Below, piece by piece: positions 23,101 to 34,199 of a stretch of 64,000 nt of DNA. The position numbers were made by a program, and so were the translations under genes. The first letter of the stretch is position 1; every line of letters begins with the position of its first letter. This DNA is from Chara braunii (Eukaryota > Plantae > Charophyceae). The notes beneath the pieces were generated by a model. It saw only the letters and a program-made list of their open reading frames with translations. It searched no databases and was not told the origin of the DNA. Location of the stretch: positions 1,852,107 to 1,916,106 of the forward strand of contig BFEA01000015.1 in the NCBI GenBank assembly GCA_003427395.1, given 5' to 3'.

Positions 23101-25070
23101 GCTCACTAACTATATGGGCATGATTGGGCGCTGGGTTGTCCGGCTACAAGAATACGACTTCGACATTATCCATCGGAAGACGGAAAAACACGGGAACGCC
23201 GACGGATTGACACGACTGCATCGGCCAAGCAAGGTGGCCAAAGGTGAAGAGATCACTTGGTGGAATGAGTCGGAGCCAGCCAAGGGATCCCGTACGGAGA
23301 AGTGGCCATTCTCCCTCGAACCGCCCGGAAGTGACACGTGGACACAATGACGATGAGTGGAGAAGACAACCCTATAGGCCCCTTTTCTCCCCTCTCATCT
23401 TTTTCTCTTCTTTCCTTGCCTAACAAATTTTGTTATTTTTGCGAAGCAATATCGGTTCCTATGCATCCTAGTGACGAAGGATATATCGAGTGGGTAGACT
23501 GTGAATGGTGTGTCTCTCGGGCCCACGACTCCTGTATCCAATACAGGAACGTGAATAAAGCCTGCTTATGTCCCTTGTGTCGAGCCGATAAAATCCCGAC
23601 GGAAGCTCGATTCCTCGAAGCCACGTTCGAAGGGTTGGAAAATACACGCAAATTTCGACAGGCGGAAGTATGGACATATGTCGTTTTGATAGCCACGATG
23701 GTCGGAAACTCCCTCCGAAAGTTCACCAAGGAAGATCGAAGGCGAACTAATGAGAGGGCACGGGAGTACTGATGGAATATCGGACGGTTAGAGAAACGAA
23801 AGATTGATGGTAGTGGGATTTGAATGTCGGTGCCTCATCCGTTCACGAGGTACGACTGGGTTAAGTCGGCCCACGAAGAAACCGCCGCTCACTTTGCTGT
23901 CAGGATCACGGAGTCAACAATTGACAAAAACGAATGGTATTGGTCCAATATTCGAGACGATGTTAAATTCGTCGTTAAAAATTGTCCGGTCTACACGGCA
24001 GACAAAGCGCCTGTTCAGCTGTCTAGGTCGATAGTGCCTACCGTAGTCGAATGGTCGTTCCAAAGGGTTAGCATGGACATAACAAATATTGTCGTGCCCC
24101 CTGGACGGAATAGCTGCGAATACTCAGTTCTTCTGGTATTCGTGGATCACTTCTCGAAATGGATCGAGGCCTATCCTTGCAAAACGTGACAAACGGCGGA
24201 AATTGTGCGGTATGTCAACCGTTTTCTCCGAATGCATCAAGATACCGAGGAAAAATCGTAACGGACAACGGGGCAGAATTATGAGGAGAAATCTTGAGGA
24301 GCCTAGTTGTACATGGCATCTCTATTTGCAATACGGCTCCCCACATGTCACAGTCGAACGGATTAGTAGAAAATGCGAACCGAGTAATTAAGACAGCTTT
24401 GCGACGAAATATCGTGGTTAGAGACATGAGGCCTTGGCCTGATATCGTAGACCATATCTTAGCTATCTATTGAGGGACACCCCATGAATCCACCAACCTG
24501 ACCCCTTTTCAGTTACGAACCAATAGTCTGGTCTGCGTAGCTGTACTGAGCCTGAACGATGAGATGACTCTTGGACGATGAGCCACGAGGGCGACAGTCA
24601 AGGACAAGGCTCAATGCCACTTGGAACTAATGGAAACCCCCCTCCTCCGGTTAGCCCGAAAAAGACAGTGGATGATCGAAATGGCGCACGAACAACAGGT
24701 CCGGAGCTATGAGGCCTGAAATGGGAACGGTGGGCCTCGACCCTAGTATAAATTAGGGGACACAGTGCAGGTAACGAAATGTGCTCGCCAGGGCAAGTTA
24801 GCGCCACGATTCTTTGGGCGATTCCACGTAGTCGAGCTCAGTCCCAGCGGAGTAAACACAGTGCGGCTTGCGCCGGAGGTCTCGGGAAGCCGATCGGGTC
24901 GACCGATCATTCGACACGTGTCCTATCTTCGTCCTTTACCTCCTCCTCTGTCTCTCCCCTCATCCACGTCGTCTTTCGATTCTGAAGAAGAAGGCGACGA
25001 TCTCGAACTCGAATACTCTGATTCTCCTTCCTCTCAACCTTTGTCTTTACCTTCTCCCCCATCGCCATGA
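20196..25070 (+). pseudogene. pol: pol: aspartic protease, RT, RNase H, PHD finger, integrase (zf-H2C2, DDE, GPY/F)
   Basis: IIDSRAAV (about 20790); WSFPVVLVPKKNG, IDYRKLN, PMGICNAPATF, YMDD (22423); ITDWQP...ECYAVVWG...TDH; HEETAAH...WYW...C; SMDIT, VTDNG, NGLVENAN; KLAPRFFGRF. Confidence 0.93.
23431..23580 (+). other. PHD finger (C4HC3) between RNase H and integrase
   Basis: CYFC-x18-CEWC-x4-H-x2-C-x11-CPLC, with W two residues before the third Cys. Homolog at 30612-30773 on the minus strand. Confidence 0.8.
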
Positions 25071-25552
25071 GATTTTCTACCGATCAGGTCATTAGCGAGT
25101 GTCTAATGAGACCTGGGGGGCATATTTCGTCGATTCGGCAAGTACAACAACCACGATTGAGCCCTGATCTGCTCCGTTTCGCGGCTTTGTTCAGTACGAT
25201 GGCCATCCACGCAGTGGCGGAATTTCGGTTTCCACAGACCAGTGATCGAACGAGGGTGTTGGCTAAGGTGTCTGCTTTTCTGTGACTGTCTCTACCAGGT
25301 GTTAGCCACGTGACAGTGATCGTCGTCTTCACCTGCGATCTTACAGCGTTGCATCCGTGAGCTCATACCGGCGCCCTCTGACAACTACGACTCTGGGTGC
25401 GGGACTTCACGGATGCGTAGGTCCAACTGTTAGCTCGGCCAGGCGACCAGATCGACTCCACCAACGACATCGACCTCAGCCAGCTCAGACTCTCTCTCAC
25501 TACGCCGGAGATCATCCTCCTGAAGCTTCTTCCCTTTACGCCTCGTCAATGA
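25067..25552 (+). pseudogene. Accessory ORF-A (about 161 aa, unknown function)
   Basis: ATG overlaps the integrase TGA (ATGA 25067-25070). Its four internal stops are all TGA/TAG, consistent with C>T decay. Homologous to 29144-28757 on the minus strand. Confidence 0.7.
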
Positions 25553-26601
25553 ACCGGCACCGCCTCTCGACTTCCGGGCTTCCCTCTGATCTCCCAACCT
25601 TCTGGCAGTCCGCTACGGACGTCCCTCTCTCTTTTCGGATCAGGTAGTTGGACGTGCCCATCCTTGACCACGACAGGTGGGCAAAGTGGTGGAACAAGTA
25701 CGTTGCGCTTAGCTTCTGTCTCCTCGAGGTGGTGTTCCATTGGGCGGAGCCGACCAACAAGGATAAAAAAGACAAAGTTCCCGATGATGACGTGAAACTG
25801 TTGATAATCCAAGTGCAGAGAACGGACACGGAAGGGGAGCTGTTGGGGATTTTGTTCGGAAAAGTGAAGGACAACCACCTGGAGCCAATCATGAGCGAAG
25901 TCTTGGTATTCCTGGCACAGCTCCTGGAAGATCTGCCTCTGGATATCCCTTCGCGCTGTGACGAGCGGCCTACGCCGGTGGCGCTCACCCGTACGTTGGT
26001 ACCGCATCTATTGTGGTCCACATGTACGGAGCTCGACGGTGACAACTGCTACTACCCCTCCTCGAGCCATTATCTCGTCATTGACGTGATCGATCTCACT
26101 TTGTGGGATCCAAAAACACGAAGGGTGGAAGCAGAAGAAGAGGTAGGCGAAGAGGAGGAAGAAAGGGAAGAGGCGAGCGAAGAAGAAGAAAAAGAAAACT
26201 CGGGGGCGGAATCTGACGACCCCGATTACCACGAGTCGGAGGAGAGCGAGTGGGGAAGGAGTGAGTCAGGTGGATCCGGCAGCCCCAGCGAGCGGACAGA
26301 GGAGGAAGACGTAGCCGCAACACAGAAGAGGCGGAAAAAGGCGCAAGGAAAGAGGTCGGTGGAAAAGTCGGACGGACCAGCGGCACGACTATTACAAGGC
26401 GATCCGACGCGCAATCCAGAGCCACCACAGGAGGAGCTAGGAGGAGATGGTGTCACCACCCCGGAGGGATCCAGAAGCAGACGCTGTAGAAAAAGTTATT
26501 CGCCGGCTCAATCCTCTCCACCACCACGGCCTACCGTTCACATACATGGAGATGAGGACACTCGCGCTTCGTCCCTGGTCGTTATCCCGCCATCCACTTA
26601 A
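25549..26601 (+). pseudogene. Accessory ORF-B (about 350 aa; globular N-half, acidic/SR-rich C-half)
   Basis: ATG overlaps the ORF-A TGA (ATGA 25549-25552). One internal TAG at 25645, then the 317-aa ORF 25648-26601. Confidence 0.75.
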
Positions 26602-26760
26602 CTACCTCACCCTCCATCAACTCGTGGGCCGCCCCCATTCCCCTCTAGCTGGCATCCTTTCCCACCCTCCCTCTTCCACCAATTCTACTCTACCCGCCTT
26701 ATCGCCACCATTTTTCCGCACGCCACCACTCGCTCTCTCGTAACTTCTTTTTCCCTCCAC

Positions 26761-27078
26761 ATGCTTTTCTTTAGCGCGACATGGCAGGAATATAATAATA
26801 TAGAGGTTTATTGCATAATCCCAGGTACCATCCCCGCGTGCGAAGAATATGAGAATTTCCACGCCGTGATTCCCCGCACCCTCTGTACCCTCTATCCTGA
26901 TTACCTCGCTTCGCTCCCGCATCATGATCATCATTTCCCTCGCATCCATCGTACTGTCCACTACACCCGACTCCCTACTGGAGATCGGCAGCTCCATGGC
27001 TTTCTGTCACCCTTCCCGCAAGTTCACCCTCCTCCTCCCCCGCCTGTCATAAGACTACCCTTCCCCGACAATCTCTAG
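26761..27078 (+). CDS. Candidate accessory ORF-C (105 aa)
   Basis: ATG-initiated intact ORF between ORF-B and the element end. No homolog in the window. Confidence 0.35.
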   Translation: MLFFSATWQEYNNIEVYCIIPGTIPACEEYENFHAVIPRTLCTLYPDYLASLPHHDHHFPRIHRTVHYTRLPTGDRQLHGFLSPFPQVHPPPPPPVIRLPFPDNL

Positions 27079-27245
27079 GATCGGAGTTCGCAGGTGCCAC
27101 GTGGATCACTTCCACACTCTCATCTCATGGTAAGTGGCATGTGTGGGCTCCACGTCGATCGCTGGTGTTTTGTCACGAGATCGGCGGATGATTGGGTAAG
27201 CAAGCAAGAGCTTGCTCAAGATTGGAACCCCCTGGGCGTCACATA

Positions 27246-28206
27246 TGTGACAAACTGTTTTCTGCAACCGCTCGATCCTATGTGCAAGGCTACTTTGGGG
27301 ATTGAATCAGGAGGGCCCACTGGACTACATGGGTGCTCTTGCTTTTCTTGTTTTTTGTAATTGAGGCCGGGGTAATCTTATGACGGTTGGTAGCTGATCG
27401 CGACTTAGTGAGCGCGAAAGATAACTGTTTCCATAGCTTCTTTCTTGTTCTGCTGTGGGAAATGGGAGTTTTTGGCGCCATCGTCGCGTGGGAAACTCTT
27501 TTTGAATTTTCAACTGATGTCGAGCCCCCATGGGCTCTCGGAATTTACTTCGTTTGAAATTTCTTTTTGCAATTAGGATTCAGATCAGGATTTAGGCACA
27601 TCTCAATTCCTGCTGCACGACGCTTCTTGCTTGCGCACGCCTTGCCGTGTCAGGATCTGTGTTCTGACTTTTCTGCGCCTTAATCCTTGTGTGTAACTGT
27701 ATTTTTTATTTTGGCGGGCATAATTGCAACTATAATCCTCTCGTTCTTTATATCTTTTATAGCGTCCATGTACGCGCGTAGTTCTTCCTCTGTCTCATCG
27801 GCCTGAACGCTTGCATGACCGGATCAATGTGTGGAGTGACGCCACGTCACCCACGCCGCGACCCGACCATGCAGACGTAGGCACTTCCTTCCTCCTCCTT
27901 CTTTTCCTCTCAGACACGACCCCGGGTATCTCGCGTAAGCATGCATGCTATAAGTTTCCCAAACACGATTAACTCACTATCTTAGAATTTTGGGAGTTAG
28001 CGTGGTCGGGCGGATCGGCTAACGAGCAAGAGTTGGAAGGTGAGTAGAGAGTTGGGCAATCTGACGAGCTGGTGTTGGGCATGCGGGGTTGACGTGGGGC
28101 CACGACGGACTGCGGCACACGGGCGAACCTGGCTTGCATGCTCGGATCAAGCGGGGTGACAACTCTGAGGGGTGCGCGGCGACGGACTGCCCGCATCGGA
28201 TGTTGT

Positions 28207-28290
<84 letters not shown>

Positions 28291-28756
28291 GAGGTTCTTT
28301 TTCTACTCCACCGAAGTAATTTTGGTTATTCTTTTATTCTTCCCAACAATGTTGATTACAGCGCAAGTCGCCCTTATCCTCTTTGGATCGGCATCTCATA
28401 TTTTTTTTTGTTTCCTTTGTTTTCTCCCAGAGATTGATGTGTGGTGGTCTTCCCCCACTCCTCTTCTCTGTCTTTTTGAATCGACAAATCTAATTGATTG
28501 GTTACCGGCAATCGAGCCTTGTGCGATCTCGGGGCTGATTGACGAAAAAATTGTTGCATAAAGATCCTCAATTCCTCCTGTTGTATGTAAGCTAGATGCA
28601 TGGATGCTAGGTGCGATTCTGTCTGTGTATAAATTAGATATGCATGCTAGACGATTAGATGTCCGTCTCACTATAGGATGATCCACCTCGTGAACAACTG
28701 ACTTTCACCCATCTAATTTGAATGATAGGTCCCGTGCGCGCACGTGTAGGCTCGAC
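27246..28756 (+). mobile_element. Second copy of the element's 5' leader (3' LTR or head of a tandem copy), truncated
   Basis: Collinear with 16766-18170 (roughly 85-90% identical by eye). Starts TGTGACAAACTG. Homology stops at CACGTGTAGGCTCGAC. Confidence 0.9.
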
Positions 28757-31700
28757 CTAGCCAGTTGATCTCTCAGCCTAGCCAATTGTTACTGCCAATC
28801 CACCACTTGTTCTCTCCCCCACTCGTACAGACTTGAGACCACGTCACCACGCCGTTGGGAACCGACGTTACACAGATCACCGCTAAGCACAACGATCACC
28901 GTCACGTTGCTCTGACCTGACTGCGAAAAAAACAAGAAACGTCGAGGCTTCACCCAGGACCACCGCTGAACCGCGATATGTGAAGATAGTTACCTTCACG
29001 GCTGCGCACTTGGCATTATGGCTGTAATTGTGCAAACTGCAATAGATCAAGACTGAGTCATGGATGATTCACTTGGCGAAACTGCAAGGTGGGCCGAGGT
29101 TGAAGAAGTTGGGCGATGAGGGCAGGTTTAAGCGAGAAACTCATGGCAATGGCGGGGGACAGAAGGTATCGGATGAGGAGGAAGAGAGGAGGACAAGATC
29201 CTTGTCGGCAGAGGAGAGGTACGAAGAGGAATGAGCGAGGGAGTTAAGGGGGTACGGGGACGAAGGTAGGAGATATGGCGGACGAGAGGGAGGGAGCTAT
29301 GGTTGGCGCTTGTTTCGGGAGCGATGCGCACGGTATCCACTCCGTTAGGCCCGAGCTCGACTACGTGAAAAAACCAGAGAACTTGGGAGTGGGTTTCCGG
29401 TCGCATGCAGATTTCCTTAGCTGGACCAGGTTTCCCAATTTATACCGTGGTTAAGGGCCTGCATTCCCATTTCTGGCCTTGTAGTTGCGGACCCGTCATC
29501 CGTGGGTTATTTCTGTCATCCTCTGTCCCTTACGGGCTGGTTTAGGGACCGCCTTGTCCATTAAATCGACAAACCTCTTGGCCTTAGCCTTAAAGGCGAT
29601 TCGCGTGTCCTTACCCTTAGGTTCGACAATTTTCGAGGCGTCTCCGTTGATAATACAGGGAATGTTGTTGGTCCGTAACTGGAAGGGAAAAAAAAACGCC
29701 GATTCATGAGGAGTGGCCTGGTGAATTTCCACAATTTGATAAACTATCTCGGGCTAGGGACGCGTATCATTAACCGCCAGATTACGACGCAAAGCGGTTT
29801 TAATCATGCGATTCGTATTCTCCGCAAGTCCGCTCGATTGAGAGACATGCGGTGCGGTGCGTTGGAGCATAACGCCACTACCTGTCAACAATTCCTCTAT
29901 CTCAGCCTAAAATTCAAATCCATTATCCGTTAGCATTTCCCCTGTATCAAGATGAGTATTGAGGAATCGGTTAATGTATGTCTCTACTTCTGAAACCTTG
30001 TGGGTCTTACACAAGTAAACCTCTATATATTATGAAAAGTGATCAATTAAGACTAATAAAATTGAGTATTCGCATCGGTTGGGGCCAGGTGGCACATCGA
30101 TATCTGTAGTATTCATACTAACACGTTGGAAGGGGCGTTCTACTTCTGTCGGAACTATCGTGTTAGGTCCTCAGATAGGCATACAGTCTACAACACAGAT
30201 TAGATAGTTGCCGACCATAGTATGCCTAACGTCTTCGCCGATATTATACTAAAACCATCCATTCCGATCGATAGTTCCTTCCGTGACACGTATCTTAAAA
30301 TGAGTGGCCTTCTCTTCATGAGCAGACCGGGTCCAATTGTATTGTTGGAAGGGGTGCGGAACCATCAACCATAAGCCTGATCCGTCTATTTTATGCTTTT
30401 CTAAATGGTTATTGATCCATGGATAATCCCAAGATCTCATGGATGCTCGACGCTTGTCCTGCTTAGAGTAGCCATCTAGCGATCTGCCAACCAACTTTGC
30501 CAGTAGGATTTTGTTCGTCCACACCTCTGCCCTTTAGAACTTCTCGTCATAGCCTGGTCCGTTTGTCCTAGCAGCCTCAAATCGAGCTTCCATGGGTAGC
30601 TTATCCGTTCGGCATAGAGGGCATTTCCTGGATTTGGTGGTTGTTCAATATCGAACACAGGCGCCATGCACATGATTAACACACGTGGCATAGTCGATCT
30701 AATCGACAAACCTGGACTCATGAGGATATAAATCTACCTCGTAGACTCATGAAATGCACGTGCAAAAATAACATAATTTATCGGGAGATCCGAAAAGAAG
30801 GAATGGTCAGGAAGCTAAACGAGAGTAGGGAGGTCAGACGGAGAGGAAAGAGCAACCATCGCTTCGAGCGGGGGCTCAAACCTTTTGGAGGATCTCCACT
30901 TCTTCATACTTGTGTTTGTCCTTCGTTTCTGGGTCGTTGCATGAGATTACCTCCTCACTTGCAAGGACTCTGCCAGGCCGGTGTAGTTGTGTCAGTCCGT
31001 CAACGTTGTCGTGCCACTCATGCTTCCTGTGACGAATGTCAAATTCCATGCTTTGCATTGTGGTGGCCCATCGTCCCATCATACCCGAATAGTCAGTGGA
31101 TTTCTTCAGGACCGAGAGTGGCTCGTGATCCGTGACAAACGTAAACTTTCGCCCATACAGAAGTGGCTGATTCCCTATAAAGCGGCGAAGCATTCCCCCA
31201 TTGGTGCAGAGTAGTTCCTCTTGCAATGCGGCACTGTCTTGGAAGCATATTCCATCACGTGTTCTAATTTGTCTGGTCCTACCTGGGCCATAATTGTCCA
31301 AATCGCCTGTGGTTGCCGATCGATGATTAAAATGAAAGGCTTTTCCAGATCCAGTCTCATAAGAATCGGGGCCGAAGTCAGAGCCGCCATGAGTTCTTGG
31401 AACACTTGATCACATCGAGGAGTCAAGATCAACGACTGATTTTTTTTCAGCACGTTCATAAGGGGTCCCGTGATTGTGGCAAATCCCTTGATAAACCTTC
31501 GGTAGCACGAGGCCAGTCCTAGGAAGTTGTGAACTTGCGTAAGCAAGTAGGAACCAGGGCGTCTCTTACAACATGTATCTTCTGAGGCTCCAGTTACAAC
31601 CCCTTGTCGGTGACGATGTGTCACAGAAAGGACATCTCTGTTAAAAAAAACTGACATTTCTCAAGAGCAATTTTGAATCCGGCTTCCTTTGGGGCGTGTA

Positions 31701-33620
31701 GCGTTCACTCGATGTGTTGGATGTGACCCTCACAAGTGCTTGAGTATACCAAAATATCATCTATATATACAATCACGCAATAATTAATAACGTTTCGCGC
31801 CAGCCTCATTTTTCATACGAAATTATGGAAAACCATGTTCATCACGCGTTGAACCGTAACAGGTGCACTGCAGATTCCCATCAGGCATTTAATCCATTAC
31901 CATGTTCCTTCAAAAAGGACAAACGTCGTTTTTTGGCGATTCCCCTTCTCTATAAGAAGGTAATGGAAACCATGCCGAATATCAAACTTAATGAAAAATC
32001 GCGTACATGCAATCGCATCTAACAACTCGTCAATCTGGAAAAGGGGATACACATCTTTCATCGTGATATCATTTAGTTTTCTATAACCAATACATATATA
32101 AATCCAACCTGTCTTCTTTGGTACGATAACCACGGGAAAGGACAAAAGTTCGATCGTGGGTTCGATCCATCCATTAGCCTCAAACTCCTCCACTGTCTGA
32201 AATGCAGCTGATTGCTGCATCAAGGAGTATCGATAATGAGTGCAGTTGATGGGTGGGTCATTCCTCGTAAGAATCTCATGTTCAATCACATTTGTCTCTC
32301 CGATATCGTGATCATACAAACTCAATACAATCGCATATCCATGCAAAACCTTCTTTAAGAGTTTCTGTATTTCTTGGAGAACGTGAGATGAAATCGTGAT
32401 CGTAGGATTAATGTCCGAGGTTTCGAGGTTAATCTCAATCCAATTCGGATTGAGAGGACGCCTTCCAACTACCCTGGAGAACATCAAACTACTAATCCGG
32501 ACCGAAAACACCGTGGCGAGCATTTGTGATTCTCTCAGGCTGATCATCTAAGTCTATTTTCCTTCATCATTGATTTCTGGGTCCGTAACATCGTCGCAAT
32601 TTTCAGTCTTGTACGTTCCATAATTTTTCTCATCAGATATGGGACGCCCGTAATCAATGTTTCCACTTCTTCTCTAATTAGTCCTATTGTTGCTCCCTTC
32701 GTGAGGAAGTCTCAAAGAGAAAGTGCGCCCTCGTACAAGTTGCGAGGTGGTTCCAAAAGGTTGGCCATATCTGTAACTTGTAGGATGGGTTATCCGAGGA
32801 AAGAAGCCGCAGGGACGCGTGTTTCTGCCAGAGTGAGGGAGGACGACAAGGGAAGGGGAACAAAGCTAGATCTGACGCTTTCGATGTCTAGATAGAATGA
32901 TCGTGCGGTTCTTAGAAGAATTTGGAAATTTTCCTTGGTTTCTTACACAAATCGTCAAACTAACTCGTTTCATTCGTTTTTTGGGGCCATGTAATTCAGC
33001 AGTCTCGCGTAGTGTTTTTCATCGTTTTCTTCTGCTGAGAGAAGCTTGTCGTCGCTTTCGGACGATGAGTTCTTCTCTATTTCCTGCATTCGATTGTCCC
33101 TACCATTATGGTCTGTTTTTTTATCCTCAAGATCTTTCTCACATGCCGCATAAAAAGGCGCAAGGGAATGGTATGAGGTTTTCCTCTCGTGTGAGTGAGG
33201 ATGGGTTGTCTGGTGTCGAAGTGTAATCGAGTACCAACAACCATAGCTCATGGTAATCCGAGTAATATAAAGTATGATTGTACATCTATCACCAAAGCGG
33301 TAACCAATACGTGCACTCGCCTGACTTTGACGACTACATTTTCGATCATCCCAAAAATGTTCATGGTTTCCTCATCCACCGAGACATAGTTATCTTTCTC
33401 TGATAGGGAAAATATGAAATTTATTCGTCTCGTCTTCCGAATCGTATCGAGCGAGATGACCACGACGGACGATCCGATGTCAATTAACGCATTGAACAAC
33501 TTCTTTCAGATCTGACAGCCACATTTCGCGCTTCTCCATAGTACTGGCCTTACGTGGATGAGGTAATTTTTTTCCGCGTTTGTTATTGTTGCTATACGAG
33601 TGATTTCTGAGGTCACAAAT
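28757..33620 (-). mobile_element. pol: Diverged relative of the same Gypsy-type family (PR-RT-RH-PHD-IN-ORF-A), truncated at both ends
   Basis: ALIDIGSSV (33499); LLSFPVVIVPKK, YRKLNDIT, YIDD (about 31760); RNase H TDHEPL; PHD; HEEKATHF; FHVVELGPNGVDTVRIAP; ORF-A homolog. Confidence 0.88.
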
Positions 33621-33689
33621 TTCTTGGTTAGTGAGTCAGTAAAGTGGGGGAATGAAATTACGATTTGCATCAACTCATCATTTTTTAGG

Positions 33690-34185
33690 AAAATAGTCAC
33701 CGAGTCAAAGAGAAAGTACAACCCCAAAGGGGTGAAAAAAAACTCGGTGGCTGTTTTGATAGAAAAAAATTATGGTGAGGCATTGGAGAAAGAAGTGAGA
33801 ATTATCAAAACATTACGGGAGTCAACAAAATTGTGGAACATAGTCACTAAGAAAATATTTAACACCATGAAGAATGGTTCAGATGAGTTTATTTGGCATA
33901 AAGAAAAGAAATATATCTTCAAGGTGTGCCAAGAGTTCTCTGGTGTGTTCTCATTTAATGATGAAGAGAGAGGGCGATTAGATGTGAATATGCAAAAGAT
34001 GGCAAAAATATGGACTGTTGATTATATTCCTTGGAACAATAGACCAACTAAATATGCCCAAAAGGAAGAGGTAGAGGTAGTTAAATATCTTGATAAAAAT
34101 ATTGCCTCTAATGTTGGTGAGACTGCTGAAGGACCGTATATTAATCACTGGTTTTGCTTTCGAAAACGAGGAGGTGGACTGAGGA
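33690..34185 (+). pseudogene. Fragment of a different Gypsy-lineage pol (pre-RT/RT N-terminus)
   Basis: KRKYNPKGVKK...FSFNDEERGRLD...IWTVDYIPW...GPYINHWFCFRKRGGGLR. Confidence 0.65.
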
Positions 34186-34199
34186 ACAGGTGTCCTTCC

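Larger units (their letters stand above)
16766..27243 (+). mobile_element. Ty3/Gypsy-type retroelement (copy 1): 5' leader, ORF0/gag, PR-RT-RH-PHD-IN and three 3' accessory ORFs; bounded by TGTGACG...CGTCACA
   Basis: Domain order PR-RT-RH-IN. The ends form a 7-bp inverted repeat. The element is degenerate, with many CGA>TGA stops and frameshifts. The right boundary would be about 28756 or later if 27246- is read as a 3' LTR. Confidence 0.85.

Noticed and set aside
23347-23350. Third ATGA overlap between RNase H and PHD-IN
   Set aside because: It probably results from a frameshift near 23290. The homologous frame (GEVAILP, compare EEVEILQ) runs into the PHD ORF, and the relative lacks this overlap.
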